This document shows positions 37,932-51,295 of a DNA stretch of 64,000 bases, piece after piece. The first letter of the stretch is position 1. Each line of letters opens with the position of its first letter. The translations under genes were made by a program, and so were the position numbers. This DNA is from Oikopleura dioica (lineage: Eukaryota; Animalia; Chordata). Location: assembly GCA_907165135.1 (NCBI GenBank), contig OU015568.1, positions 6,262,001-6,326,000 of the forward strand, read 5' to 3'. The notes beneath the pieces were generated by a model, which ran no database searches, was not told where the DNA came from, and saw only the letters and a program-made list of their open reading frames with translations.

Positions 37932-40900
37932 TCAAAGTAGTTTATTCGCGAAAGTAAGTGAACAGTTCTTTTCGGCATCCTTATCGGATCTACGAAAGTT
38001 GAACAGTCCAATGTCTGGTCTTCTTTTTCGCTCTAAAATCGGTACTGCTCGCATTGAGCATTCATTTCTTCGATTTCTGGTCGCTTGTTCGAAGTCGTCT
38101 TTTTTAGAATGCAGAAGAATCGGTGCTTCGTTTCCGGATTCACGTAAATTGCTTGGATTTTCCAGGCTTTTCCGATGCGGATTCCTGTAAGTGAGTTTCG
38201 ACACGGGTTCTTTGCTTGTTTTTTTACCTTTTGCAGCAGTTATTTCATCGTAAACAACATTTCCCAAGTTTAGCAGCGTGATTCCTTATACAAATGGATC
38301 TCTTACCAAATTTCATAAGATAAGGGGTCCCCCCTCGCTATTTTCGATGCAAATTTAAGTGCCAATTTTTCTACTAGAATTATCAAAAAATGGCCATCTT
38401 GGGCCCGAGTCGTCTGATTTTGTTAAATATCGTAGGGATACCCTTAGGATAAAAGCCATAGGGGCCCTTAAGTGAGTTTATCGGAGAACCATTCCTTGAT
38501 AATTTTCGTCAGCAGCGTTGTTCTCTTCTATGATTTCAATGGCGCTCTCGGCCCACTCGACAAATTTCTCTGGCTTCGGGTATTTGAAAAACTCCTCGCC
38601 AAAGGCAGCCGCTAATCTTGTTACCAAGCGTTATTTATTTTATTATTTCTTACCGATAATGGACGCTAGAAAGAGCTTCATTCAGACTCTCCTCTGTTTT
38701 TCTCTCCTCTGGTGGAATTTAAAATGAAATGGAAAACGAAACTAAATGCTCCACCACGGCCCTTGATTCCTTTTTTGAAAACTCTTGCTAGTGAAAAATT
38801 CTTGAAAACTTGACAAGGATGATGGTTTGAAAGATCGAGTTTTGCTGACTGTCGATAAGCCCGAAAAACTGCCCTAACGAGGAATTCCCACCTGTGGCGC
38901 CCACTAGAAGGTTCCAATGCGTTCAATCATTAAAATAATAAACAGCGTTGTTTACGGCGAATCAAAACATTGCGTCGCCGAGTTTAGACTTGAGGCTTTG
39001 CCTGACGATATCGCTGGGTTTCATCTCATTAGTAGAATGCAAATTGAACGCTTTCGAATTTATTATAATTAATTAAAAAAAGACAAGTTTTTTTATTTTA
39101 TTTTTGAAATTTTTCTCAGCTTTTTGACTTTTTGTTCATGTCCGAGACAACTTTCAACAGAAAATCCAAGGTTTCTCGATGATGATCCGCACCGTCGTGT
39201 TCTTCTTCTGTTGATAATACAGTTATTTACAGTCATAATAGTCGTAAACCTCCCCCAATTGATTTTGGAGTTGACTGTAGAAAACTGTATACCAAGTCCT
39301 TCTCCCTTCTCTATTTCATTAAACAACTCATGCAGGTTTTTCTTCGCCCTAGCAGCTTTCCAAAGCAAGGCTTTTTCATGATCTACTTACATTTCAAATT
39401 CAGAATTCAACTTTCAGAATATAGACCACTAATCATCATGTAGCAAAGTCAGCTTTGCCTTTTCTTTGTCATTTTCGCCCTCCATGTGCTTGAATTGGAC
39501 TCCATTCTCTGCCTTTCCTGCTGCAAATAATCCAAGAAAGAAAATAAGTAAAAGAATCCGCGGCATGATTTCTCAAATCAGCCCACATCTACAGTTCCTA
39601 ACTGTCTTATATGGCGAATAATGAAGGCATAAGATATTTATCAGGCCATTCGTCAGTCATCGCTGACGCCTCCGACAAAGTGTCACTTATATCGAAGAAG
39701 AATATAGCTGTTAAACGAAAGACGCGGAATGAGCTCGGGTCAGGACTATTTAATTCCATTTTAGAATGCTGGGGTCTTTTGAGGATACAGAAATATATTT
39801 CTATACATGCTTAAAAATTTTCAAAAACAGTTTCAGTTGGACCGGAGGAAGGAGGAGCGGGAGTAGTAGGATTTATTCGGATTGCGGCGTTGACCTCGAC
39901 GGAATCCTCGGACGCGTTTTGGGTGGTTCCAGCGGCGTTTTCTTGAGCCACCGTCTCCGGCACCACCTCCGGCGTTGATGCCAGAATCTAAAACGGCTCG
40001 TTTAGCGGAGAATCAAGACTCGACGAGAGGAACTTACGGCTACAAAGGATGCTAGTGAAGCTATCCACAGCAACTGTTGGATTTCGAATATTCGCCGGAA
40101 TCACTGTAATTGTTCTGTCGTCTTTCGTCCATCGGAAATATTTCTGATTAGGATCTTCTTGGAAATACTTTTCTTCGAAACGAGCGTCTGGAATATCGTT
40201 GCCATTAATAGAAAACGGCTTCCGAGCGGCAACGATAAAGGTCTTGTCGCAAATGTCTGTAAATGTTCCCTTGCATTCCCCGTCGAAGGCGGCGACAACT
40301 AGAATTTGTTGAAGAATAGAGGTCGAATTACTATTTTAAGCCGTACCCTTTTGGATGACTTTTTCTTGGAAAACATCGGTAGTTGGATAAGGGGGTAAAT
40401 CCGACTTGCCCTCGACTTCCTCGATTGGTTCTTTTTGAAGTGTTTGTTGGGCTGTCTCTTTTCAATATATCGAGTTTAACAAACACTTTCCTAAGAAATC
40501 AGGAATCGAGATCGACGATCCGTATTTCAGATTGATATCCTCCTCGAATTCTTCTTTGAATTGCTCGAAAAAGTCGTTGTAAAACTCCGCTTCGTTTCTA
40601 GTCACATTTTCGTCGATGATCACTTCGATCAATTGCTGATCAACGTCTGTGCAAGTTTTGCTGTTGAGGTCTTCTACATTTGGCTGACGAGAACGAGTCG
40701 AGGCTTTGACAAAGTTTTCGAATTGAGGAGCACTTTGCAGGTATTTAGAGTAGAGAATATTCAATGAGAATTCGTTCATGTCCACGATCTGTAGTTTCTC
40801 GGTACTGTAGGGCATTGTTCTATCATCTGTCTTGAGAATATTCTGAATATTGCACTGATTCTCTTCCCCGTCGGAAAGATAAACAATTGCCCTTTCATTA

Positions 40901-43900
40901 ACCCATCTCTCTGCGAAAGACTTTGAGATAGTTCGAGTCATGTAATAAGATGCGTCGATTGCTGCTTTGTTCAGAGTGGCTTTCTCAAGCTTGCCACTTT
41001 TGGCAAATGACACGCTTGAGATATGATTTCTCGCAGCGCTTATTATAGATTCAACGCAGCAGCCCTTTTCGCAGCGCTCAAGGGTGCATTTTTCCGGAAT
41101 TCCAGTGCTTAGTTTGTGACCATCGTAGCTGTAGACTTCTCGGAGGACGATTTCGTTGGGGAATTGAGGGACGCTCAGAAGAGTTTTGAAGAATTGAAGG
41201 AGTTTTTTTTTTCGTTGATTGTTGAAAGAGGAGTTTTAAGGACCAAAGTGTAGTCGACCAAATGAAATTTGGAAGAGTCGAAAGACGCGTTGTCAAGCGC
41301 CAGATCTGGTCGAGAAGTGCAAGAATCTGGATCTTCCATGCTTTTTTCCGCCCCACGAATGTGATTCAGCGAAGCCCTGTCTTCAGACAACCAGACTTCA
41401 AGCTCGAAACCAATTCCACTTTCTTGTGGGTCCGCCGCGTTGTAGCTCCAAATTACTCCAGTTGATGATTGGAAGAGTTCTCCACTGGCGACTTTCTCTT
41501 CCCGTGAGTTTTCAAAGCGGAAAGTGAGCTTGATTTTAGGATACAAAAGTGATCGGCGAGATCTAGCATTGATACGTTTTCTGAGACAATCGGCCAAGAA
41601 GATGTTCTCCTCGTCGTTGTCAGACTCGCTGCTGAGAGTCACTTTGTTCAATCTAGAAGCATCCCATTCTTCCATCCAGTAAGGACATTCTCGTGCGCCT
41701 GATGTACTTGTGGAAGTTGTGCTTGTGGTCGTTGTTGTTGGAGCTGGTGTGGCGGATGGATCCATGCATTTCCAAGAGTCGTCTCTGTTGATGATCTTGA
41801 CGGGCTCGGAAAGGTCGAACTGTGTTGTTAATTCGCGCCATCGCGAAAGAAGGATCTTGTTTTCTACGCTAGAAGCGATCATATCCAGTCCACCATCAGA
41901 TCTCGTCGTGACCAAAAAGTAGTCGATGTCACTTGACATTTTGAAGGGGACCGGACTGTTGTAGCTTCGTGGGTGATCAGCGAAAACGATGATAACGGGT
42001 TTATTCCTTCTATCGCCGTACATTCGCTCAACAGCGCCCAGTGAGCGCTCAGCATATTCAATCGCGGCATTCATGTTGACAACTCCTGGTTTAACTCGTT
42101 TCTTCAGCTCCTTCATGAAATAGTTGTTCTTGCTTATTGGCCAGATCATTCTGTTAAACTCCTCTACTGGGTAGAACTCGCCGGGTTGAGCATCAGGATC
42201 AATATCCCTATCACCAGTTTTTGGCGAAGCGAAGATAAGTTTGCTTCGAGAGTAATGTTCCAAGTTATCCATGAATCGCATGTTGATATCAGCGACGCCA
42301 AAGTTGAGATAGTTCTTATTGTGATCCCGGCCGAGGTTGGAATCAACAACGATGACCAAGTCAACGCAGTTGGTTCCCTTTGCAATACTCGGAACCTCCG
42401 TTGTAGTGGGAGTAGTTGTTCGCTCTGTTGTTGTGGTGGTAGTCGTGGTTGTTGTGGTCGTTGTTGTTGTTGTCGATGTTGTTGTCGTGGTGATTTCGCA
42501 GTGTCCTTTGAGTTTGTTCATAACAGGAATCGACTCTAGAATCGCTTGTTCCGTAAGTTCAGGAACAGATCTAAATCATCATCGTTGAAAAAATCATGTG
42601 AAACAGATACGTACCGTCTAACAAATCTATATTCAGGGCCAGAGGCAAGTCGCATCAGCTGTTCATGCTCATACGTCGTAAAGACAAATGTCTTTGAATA
42701 GAAAATGCTCGAATAGGATGAATAGCTAGTATAGGAATAAGGAGAAGTTGTCGGTCCTTTGATGATCATTTTGACAACTGGTTGGTTCATCAAATGCTGG
42801 TTGGAAGACGTAAAGCCTTCTTTTTCTAGGACAGAGTGCGCAAAGTCCAAATCCTGGAAAAAATATTCTTGAAAATGAAAAATGAAAGGGTTACTTTTTG
42901 GTAGTCGACTGGTCCACTGACGGTTGGGCGGTAGGAAGTTCTTTTGAAGTGCTGAATAAACTCCTGAATCGGCATCATCTGGATGATTTCCTCTTGGTTC
43001 ATCACGAGGCTGGCTTTGCAGTTCTTCAAGTTGTGGTACAAGCTTGTGTCCTTCGCAATAAATTCACGGACATCTCGGTCAAGTTCATCGGCAACATAGA
43101 CCATAGAAGTGCAAAGATCATTGTCAACTTGCGGTTCTTCCTCAACGCACTCTAACAAGTAATTTTCGTACGTGTATGGGTTGCGGAAAGACAAGAAGTT
43201 TCCAGAGTCGTCTTTTGGACAGCATTTTTGCTGCTCATCAGCAGGCACATTCTTGAATTTAATTTACATTGTATCAGCTATTTATCGATTGTCTTTCTCT
43301 TACCGCATATCCGACAGAGGAAAGTTCCCAACCATATCGATCAAGATTCAGGCTCATCTTAGATCCACTGTAAACCGGACATCCATTATAGTTAAAATTC
43401 TTGTACGATAAAATATCATAGGAAGAATCAGACCCAGATCTTCTAACTCGAATAGATGGACAGCAGTTCATTGAAGGAAGATTGTCCGACTCGATGGACG
43501 AGGTTTTTTCGAAAAGACCTAAAATGTGAGGAATTCATTTTTATTAGTTTTTTACCTTCCCATCCTCCGAAATTGGCGTAGTGCAGGGCAGATTCTTGGA
43601 AGTTTTTGTGATCAAAGATTGAGTCCGACTGGCCGGTGCAGCTTTAATTTGAGAATAAAAATATGAGATAATTTGATGTTTTCTTACCGTTTTTCGTAGT
43701 CATTCAGTGAGGCAAATTTCATCTTCTGCCACTGATACTCGGGAGAATCGATGTCTGTTGTTCCAATAATCCAGCGAGATTCGTAGATTTCCCTCAGCTT
43801 GACGAACATTTCGCAAGCTTCAGCGGTGGACATTTGGGTCATTGGCTCGATTTGGTGGGTCTGGTCCTGACGAATTGGCCATGGATCATCGTCAAATTTG

Positions 43901-46900
43901 GACGCATCTAAAATCCTTTAATTGAGAAAAATTTGAAGAAATGATATACCTGTAATGACGAATAGAATGTTTTCTTTCCGGTCGTGTACCCATCCTTGAT
44001 TGTCAGTTCGCTCAGCAAAGTTGACAAGATCCTTGAGCGTTGTGAAGAAGAACGTCGTTCCTTCAATCGCAGTCCTAGCTTCTCCAAACTCGTGTTCCCA
44101 GCTCTGCCAATCCTGCGATAGATCGCTTGCGAGTGCAACTTGATCTCCGTAAGGCGTGGTGATGATATTCAACAAATGCTCCTCAAGTTCAGCTTTTCGA
44201 GCATCTTTCGAAGATCGTTTGTACTCGGCTGCAGTTTTCTCATAAATTGGTTGTCGGAGACGAGCTGAGAACTGTGTAACAATCGCTACCGAGTTCTGGT
44301 TGGAATTCGACTGGGCCCATTCTTCGACCATATCAGCGACGGAAGAAGAGATCTTCTTTGATACTTCAACGCCGAGAGAAGTGACAGACTCGGAGTTGTC
44401 CAGGAAGATTGTGAGATCGCGACCAATGTCACGAGAGCAGGAGCATTGAGGGGAGATTTGAGGTCGATCAGTGGTAGGTCGAGTTGTTCGTGGTGTCGTG
44501 GTGATGGTAGTGGTGGAGGTGGTCGTGGTCGTGGTGGTTGTTGTGGTTGTAGTTGAAGTCGTTGTAGTTGGTGCTTCTGTTGTTTTCACCGTGCAATCGT
44601 TACAAAACTCTGGTGCAACCCGACGAGCAAATGCTTCCAAGTAGATATCGTACTCATCACCTTCAATAACCTTCATAAGTCGATCAGCAATGTCCGACTC
44701 AATATCCTCCAAAATATTGCCGAATGGATCGATAAGATTTCTTCCTTCCAATCCTGGGGGACCTTGCTCTCCTGGCTCTCCAGCGTCACCTTGAGGTCCA
44801 GCTGGTCCTCGATCGCCCTCGAAATCGCCTGGGAGACCTGGTAGACCCTTCTCTCCTTTTGGTCCTCTCGGTCCAGGCGGACCGCGTGGCCCTTCTGATC
44901 CCATCTTTCCCGGAGCTCCTGGTTCGCCTGGTTTGCCATCGAGTCCTGGTATACCAGGCTTTCCAGGGGAACCTCCTGGTCCGGCACGGCCTCTTGGTCC
45001 ATCTTCACCTCTTGGTCCGCGATTGCCTCGTCGACCCTTGATTCCATCTGGGCCAGGTAGGCCTGGAGGACCGGTGAATCCACTTGGTCCTGGTGGTCCT
45101 TGAGCGCCAGAAGGACCCTGAGGACCCTCTTCTCCCTGCGATTTGATAGACTCCATTCTTGCCGAAATAGTCACGCGCGCGGAACATGCGCATGGAACTT
45201 TCTTTTGTTCAATTTCCCAACATTGCGCCGTCTCTTTCACTTCGTCGGATAATCTAAAGAAGAATATTCATTTATTCATCCAACCACCCAACTAATAAGC
45301 ATTAGATCGATCTTCTAAAGTACCGGAGAAGAATCTTACCTTGATACAATTGTGTTCATATAAGACTGAGTAGCGTCGACTGTCTTGTAAGAAATGAGCG
45401 TTTGTTGACTCGTGAAAGTTGGGTCGAGCATTCTGAGGATTTCCGGGAAAGAGCAGTCTTCGGGGTAATCGTATCTATTGCCACTTGGGACGCATGGATC
45501 ATTCATGGCAAAAGCAGTCACTTTCACCGGTCTATCGAGATCTCCAACGAGTTCTTGGTTGATGATCTGTCTCAAGTCGGCCTTCTCACTTTCAATCCAG
45601 AATCCATTTCCACCCGCCCACATGTTTTTCGAGTGCTGGCCATTTGTGAAAATAAGCAGCTCTCGGTGCTTGTAAGATCGGCTGTCAAAGTCAATGGCAA
45701 TATCATGAATGGCCTTGACAAAGTCGGTCTCGTAGTTTTGTGCTTCGAAATTTTGGTAAAGAAATTGAAGACCAGCTCGAACTCGGTCTCTCGCAAACTG
45801 AGCGTTTCTATTTTGAACAAAGGAGAATTCAGAGAGCGAAACTGCACGAATCACTTTCTCGTGAAATCCGATCAGTTCAAGTCGGAAATGATGGTCACGT
45901 GAGAAGACGCCCTCGCGAGCGAGTCGTTCGACGATGCCGTTGATGAAGTTTTGCGGAAGTTGCATCGCCAACTCGTCAGAGTTCATGCAAGAAAGGTCGA
46001 TGGCGATAATCATATCGACGTAGCAGGTCTTCGAAGGGTCGCTGGGGACAATTGGGAAGGCAGGGCCGGAGTAGGAGCTTGGGAAAGAACTGCTGCTTGA
46101 GTAGCTTGGATCGTCAGCAATGTAATTGAATGGAACTGGTTGAGTAAACTTGCTGCCGCAAGGCTTTGGAATTTCGCGAATAATCGACGAAGAAATCTGT
46201 CGAGAAAGCTTTCTCGCAGCATTTGAAGTTTCCCAGTATCGACCCTCGCGTCCCAAGAACATCGGACAAGATGAGATCTCATCGTAGTTAGATTCTGGTC
46301 CGCACGTTTTTGATGAAAAGAGCCGATTAATTGCGCCGGAGGATTCTTAAATAAAATGAAAATGATGAAAATAGACATAATTTTATCAAAGCTACTTTTT
46401 CTCAAAATAATTAGACGCCTATATTTACGCAACTTCTATTTTTGAATTTAAATATATTCAAAAACTCAAAATACATACAGCTCATAGAAATTGAAATCAT
46501 AGAAGAGAATCTCAATTCAAGAGAGCTCTTTTGACCCCCTTTTTCCCGAGCTTCCTTATTCCCGAAATATCAGTTTTCGATTTTCCAAAAAGACAAACAA
46601 ATATTCGCTACGTACCTGTCAACGCACACTTGAGTCCACTTTCAAGCGCTCCCCTCGCAGCGCGCCCAGGAGCCGCAGTGGGAAAATCGTCGAGCACAAT
46701 CATCGCCGTGTGCGCAAATGGCTGCTCCTGACAGTAAGCCAACTCGTTTTGAAAGATTTCCAGCTGGCCGCGCTGGACAGTCACTTTCAATTTGCTCGAC
46801 ATGGTGACCAGCAAGGCGAGTGGTTGGCGATTGTTGGCGGATTCGCGCTCCAGGTCAGATCGGACGAAATCGAAGGCGGAGAAGAAGTTGTCGATTCCTT

Positions 46901-48378
46901 GACGATCGACGGTAGCTTGAATGTTACTGCCAGAGTTGGGCCCGAGAGTGAAGGTCTTCCAGATCTGATACTCGTTTCGTTTCGTATCATCTTTCCGGAC
47001 GCTTCGAATCTAAAGACCCCTGAATTTAGGCTGAGACTCTTGAGAAACTACCTGAATGTTGTATTCGTTCCCAGTGTTTCCAAGCTCTTGATGGAGGGTC
47101 TCAAGAAAGTAGCCATAAAACTCGCCCATTCGATGAGCTTCCTTGTGGTTTCGAAGTCCGAAGTCATCCTCGATCCAGAGTAGGTAAAGAATAATTGGCT
47201 GGACGGAGCATTCTTCTGGAGGTGGCGTGATGATGGGTCGGTTTGTCGGAATTGGGGGAGGCTGAGTGACGTTCTGACTTGAATCACAAGTGCAGAAGAT
47301 TTCAGCGTCGTTCATGCACACTTCGCTCATGTATTCAAGCAAAAATAGGGGTTCAAAATGAGCTCTGTCTATATTTTTCAATTAGGGAGATCTCAGATCT
47401 GATGTATTTTTCCACATGAATTCACCAAAAAAATTATGTTCCCGGCGTTTTTTAATCAATAGAAGAATCTAAGGAGGAAATGACGACTTGAATAAGCCTC
47501 ATAAAACTTTTGTACTTATGATTATTATGTTCATCAAAAAGTCTCAAAAGAATCTTTTCCGAAAAATTTACATAAGAGTTTCAAATTGCTGATTATCTTC
47601 ACGAAATCTTCACCCAAAAGTTTACATAAAAGCTCGGAAGAATCTACGATTCTGTCAAATTATTTCTTATATAAAAGTTCCTAATTGACTAGAATCATTT
47701 GGAACCCTGAACGAAAACTCGCCATAGGCACCAGCCTGGGCCAAAAGGCCGGCCAGGCCCAGAAGTAACGTCTTCATGGGAAAATTCTCTTGTGCGGCGG
47801 ATTGAGCTAGAAATTCCAAAAAATTGCCAAAAGTACAAATATTGGTATTTACCTCAGTCCTAAGCCAAGCACAACAAAAAAAAGAAGCTGGTCAACAACT
47901 CTTTTTTCGGAAATTTATTCCGGCGTTGCAAAATCGCAGTCTAGATTTTCTTGAAGGCAAATATTAACACGTAAAATATTTCATTCACGGTTTCCGATTT
48001 ATTACAGAGCGCTTTATTTTGTGGTGAAAATCTATTTGCTCACCTGGCGGGCCCATCAGACTCTAGGCGCACCATCTTGTCCAGATCTTTATTTACAGTT
48101 ACAGGGCTCCGCAACCTGTGTAGAAAAGGTCAACCTGAGTCAGGGTATGAAAAACCATAAAAGATAATTCATACCCTGACTCAGGTTTTCTACACAGGAT
48201 GAAGAACTAAAAAGGCCACGAATTCTCCCCTAAAAATGGGGGAGAATACCGTCTTTGGGCAGTTGTTTTTATTCATCATTTCTATTATTCATTCTGTATT
48301 GACAGAATCATATTGTATGTTTCTATATTGACGTACTATCAGCAGAATTGCGGCAGATAATTGACCAAGAACTGACAT
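37932..48378 (-). CDS. Large secreted multi-vWA protein with a short collagen triple helix and Thr-rich mucin linkers; both ends approximate, may be more than one gene
   Basis: ~43 Gly-X-Y triplets (44742-45136). vWA-like starts [29 protein letters not shown] and IFFFDISD. Poly-Thr runs near 44500, 42450 and 41720. Putative signal exon [14 protein letters not shown] at 48378. Confidence 0.7.
48111..48198. mobile_element. MITE family A, short copy
   Basis: GCAACCTGTGTAG...CCTGAGTCAGGG / CCCTGACTCAGGTTTTCTACACAGG. Confidence 0.8.
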
Positions 48379-48429
48379 TCTTCTTCACGCGGGCTCACGC
48401 GCCCTCCACTAGAGGACTCTTTCAGATCC

Positions 48430-48437
48430 TATAAATA
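48430..48437 (+). promoter_or_regulatory. TATA box (TATAAATA) 34 bp upstream of the peptide ATG
   Basis: Consensus match at a plausible distance from ATG 48471. Confidence 0.5.
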
Positions 48438-48470
48438 CTGGTTCTGAAAATAAAATCTCAAAAATAGAAA

Positions 48471-48707
48471 ATGAGGTTTATTTTCTTCCTTGTTATTTTT
48501 CTGCTGAACTTTTCGGAAACTTTTGGTCGATCCTTTGATTTATGCAAACTGCGGCTTTCTGCGAAGAAGTTTCCATATCTTTCAAGCATGTGCAGATATC
48601 GAAAACCAACATACAGGAGGTCGAACCAAAAACCTGCTTGCAAAAGGATGATTTACGCTGGAAAGACGAAGCGATACGTTCATGTTTATAATCCTTCCAA
48701 CTGCTGA
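48471..48707 (+). CDS. Small secreted cationic peptide (78 aa, 4 Cys)
   Basis: Signal MRFIFFLVIFLLNFSETFG, a K/R-rich mature part, single exon, upstream TATA. Confidence 0.6.
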   Translation: MRFIFFLVIFLLNFSETFGRSFDLCKLRLSAKKFPYLSSMCRYRKPTYRRSNQKPACKRMIYAGKTKRYVHVYNPSNC

Positions 48708-49007
48708 GAGAATCTTCTTTTCTGAATCTTCCACTTACTTTATCCAATTAGGAGTGTAGCACTGACGATGACTGTACAGTCGAAAATAATCTGAAATATT
48801 GCTGAATTAAATAAAATTTTAATAAAATACGAAAAAAATAAAAATCGGATATGTTGTGATTTGTTCAAGAGCTCTGATTCAATCTATTTATTGTTTTGGA
48901 AGTCCCTCTGTTTACGACTCGGCGGTTTTCATAAAGATCCGTAGCACTGGCATCTAAGCTGCTGAATGCAGAAGAGTCTGCAGCGGAGTGCCAAATTTTA
49001 GCCGAAC

Positions 49008-51096
49008 ATGCGGCTCTTTGGATTTTTACTGGGCTTGGCCCTTGGGAACGGCTTTCAGAGAAAAACATGTTTTCTTTTATCAGAGACCTAAATTGTCAAC
49101 TAGATTTTCAGTTCAGAGAAAAAGCCAAAAAAGACAGCAATGTGGCATGGGAAAGTATCAAATGACCCCAGGTATCCTCGAAGGAGCAAAAGGAAACTAC
49201 AAATCAGAATGGGATTCTGCTGAAGACCCATCATTGCCTGCTGTCCCTGATTACGAAGAAATCTTTATCTACGATCAGACTCCAGTTGGTCGATCAGCGG
49301 ATACAGAGACGAACCCAGTAAATGGAACAGTCGGTGATTTCGAGAACCCAGAGTTTTGGGACATGACAGGAGCTGAAGAAATCGATGGTGGTCGATTAGT
49401 TGGGGGTGGTTTGCCCAGTGGACCAAGTGGTATCGGAAAGGTTCAAATAAACTTCTCATTATTTGAAAAAGGGAAAGTTTGAACCAAAAAACAGGCCCAA
49501 TCGCCAGAATCGTCGGCGGCCAAGTCGCGCGACCATTTTCTCATCCTTGGCAAGTTCGAGTTCGCGCTTGCTCCGGCTTCGCTTGCACTAGAATGTGTGG
49601 AGGAACTCTTGTTTCTTCCCAATTCGTTGTTACCGCTGCTCATTGTCTTCCTCCATTTTCTCAGTCTGGAATCATCACTCTCGGTGCTCACGAGTACTTT
49701 GGCCCTGGAGCTGTCAATATTTCCATCGCTGAAATCTTCCCTCACCCAGGTACGCTTCTGATGATTTTCTCCCTAGAATAAAATTAAGGATGGGACAAGA
49801 AGAAGCGAACAAACGACATCGCCGTCGTCCGACTTGAACGACCAGTTTCCTTCAATCACAAGATCCAACCCGCTTGTCTTCCAAACAAGGACTCTTGCTT
49901 CCCCGCCGGCACTGCCTGCGTTGCCTCCGGATGGGGCTACATCGAAGAAGGTGGACCTCGATCAAATCTGCTCAGAGAAGTGGCAGTTCGACTCATGACT
50001 ACTGATCATTGCAACAAGCCAAATTACTACAATGGAAAGATTCTCGAAGGCATGCTTTGCGCTGGATACAATGAGGGACAGAGAGACGCCTGCACTGGTA
50101 AATTCTAGAGCTAGCTTAGCTAGAGACAGATCTTCTTCTAGGTGACTCTGGCGGACCACTTGTGTGCCCACTTCCCAACGGCAAATGGGTGCTCGCTGGT
50201 GCTACTTCTTGGGGAGTCGGATGCGCTCGACACCAACGACCAGGAGTCTACACCGATGTTCGTCAATTCTCGGACTGGATCGGATCTATCATTCGAGAAT
50301 ACCCAGACGTTGTCGGAGATTGCCCAACAAAGGGCGTCACTGGTTTCGGAGCCGGACGAGATTGGTCCTTCCTCGGAACAATGCCAAAACGACCTCCAGC
50401 ACAGATGCTTTTTGATACTTCTGATGGACGAGGATTGCCAAACAAGCCACCAAGTGCACCTTCCAGCGATACCCACGGTAAAGTCACCATAATAGCCTAA
50501 AGCCTTCTCTTAACATCTTTAGATTTGATGGACATGTTTGGTCAACCAGTCAAGAAAACAACCACAACTCGAGCTCCTACAACAACCAGACGAACGACAA
50601 CAACAAGGCGCACAACAACAACGACGAGAAGAACGACCACAAAGGCAGCCGTTGTTGATGACTACAACATCCTCAGGTAAAATTAATTTTTAACTAGCTA
50701 GATTTTCATTTATTTCAGCGACTTCGATGAGCGATTGAAAGCTTGTGACGGATTGAAAAAGAAAGCCAAGAAGAAGTGCATCAAAAAACTCGCCAAGAAA
50801 ATGAAGGAATCCAAAAAGAACAAGAAAAAGAGCAAGAAGAAGAAGAAATCTCAATCGAGAGGAGAATTCGAGACGATGGAATTCGGCTCTCGAAAGGAAA
50901 AGAGACAATATCGACGAGAAATGAGACAGGCCTGGAGAAACTGGGGCAATGTTCAAGGTAAGAGACAAAGAAGAATCAATGATCGCGATTGAAATTTTTA
51001 GAAGAGGAACAAGTCCGTGACTCTGGATTTGAAGTCGATCAAGCTTCCGCTGGAGACGATGATAATGCTCTTTTCGCTGGATGGGATTTTAACTAA
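49008..51096 (+). CDS. Secreted trypsin-like S1A serine protease with C-terminal Thr/Arg-rich linker and Lys-rich domain
   Basis: Signal [13 protein letters not shown], activation site R-IVGG, TAAHC, DIAVV, DACTGDSGGP (Asp at S1), SWGVGC...PGVYT. Confidence 0.92.
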
Positions 51097-51295
51097 CTTT
51101 TGTACTGTCACCAAAACATGCCATAAAAGAAATTTTTCGCGATGTTTCTTTTCTGTATGACTTTTTCCTAGCATTTATCATGCATGAGTAGTGGGCACAC
51201 ATCTAAATCAATTAAAATTAACGATTGCAAAGTGGAAAATCAAATAATCTTTGACTTTGTGAGCAGAATTCGTGAAATTTTAAGAATTATTAATA

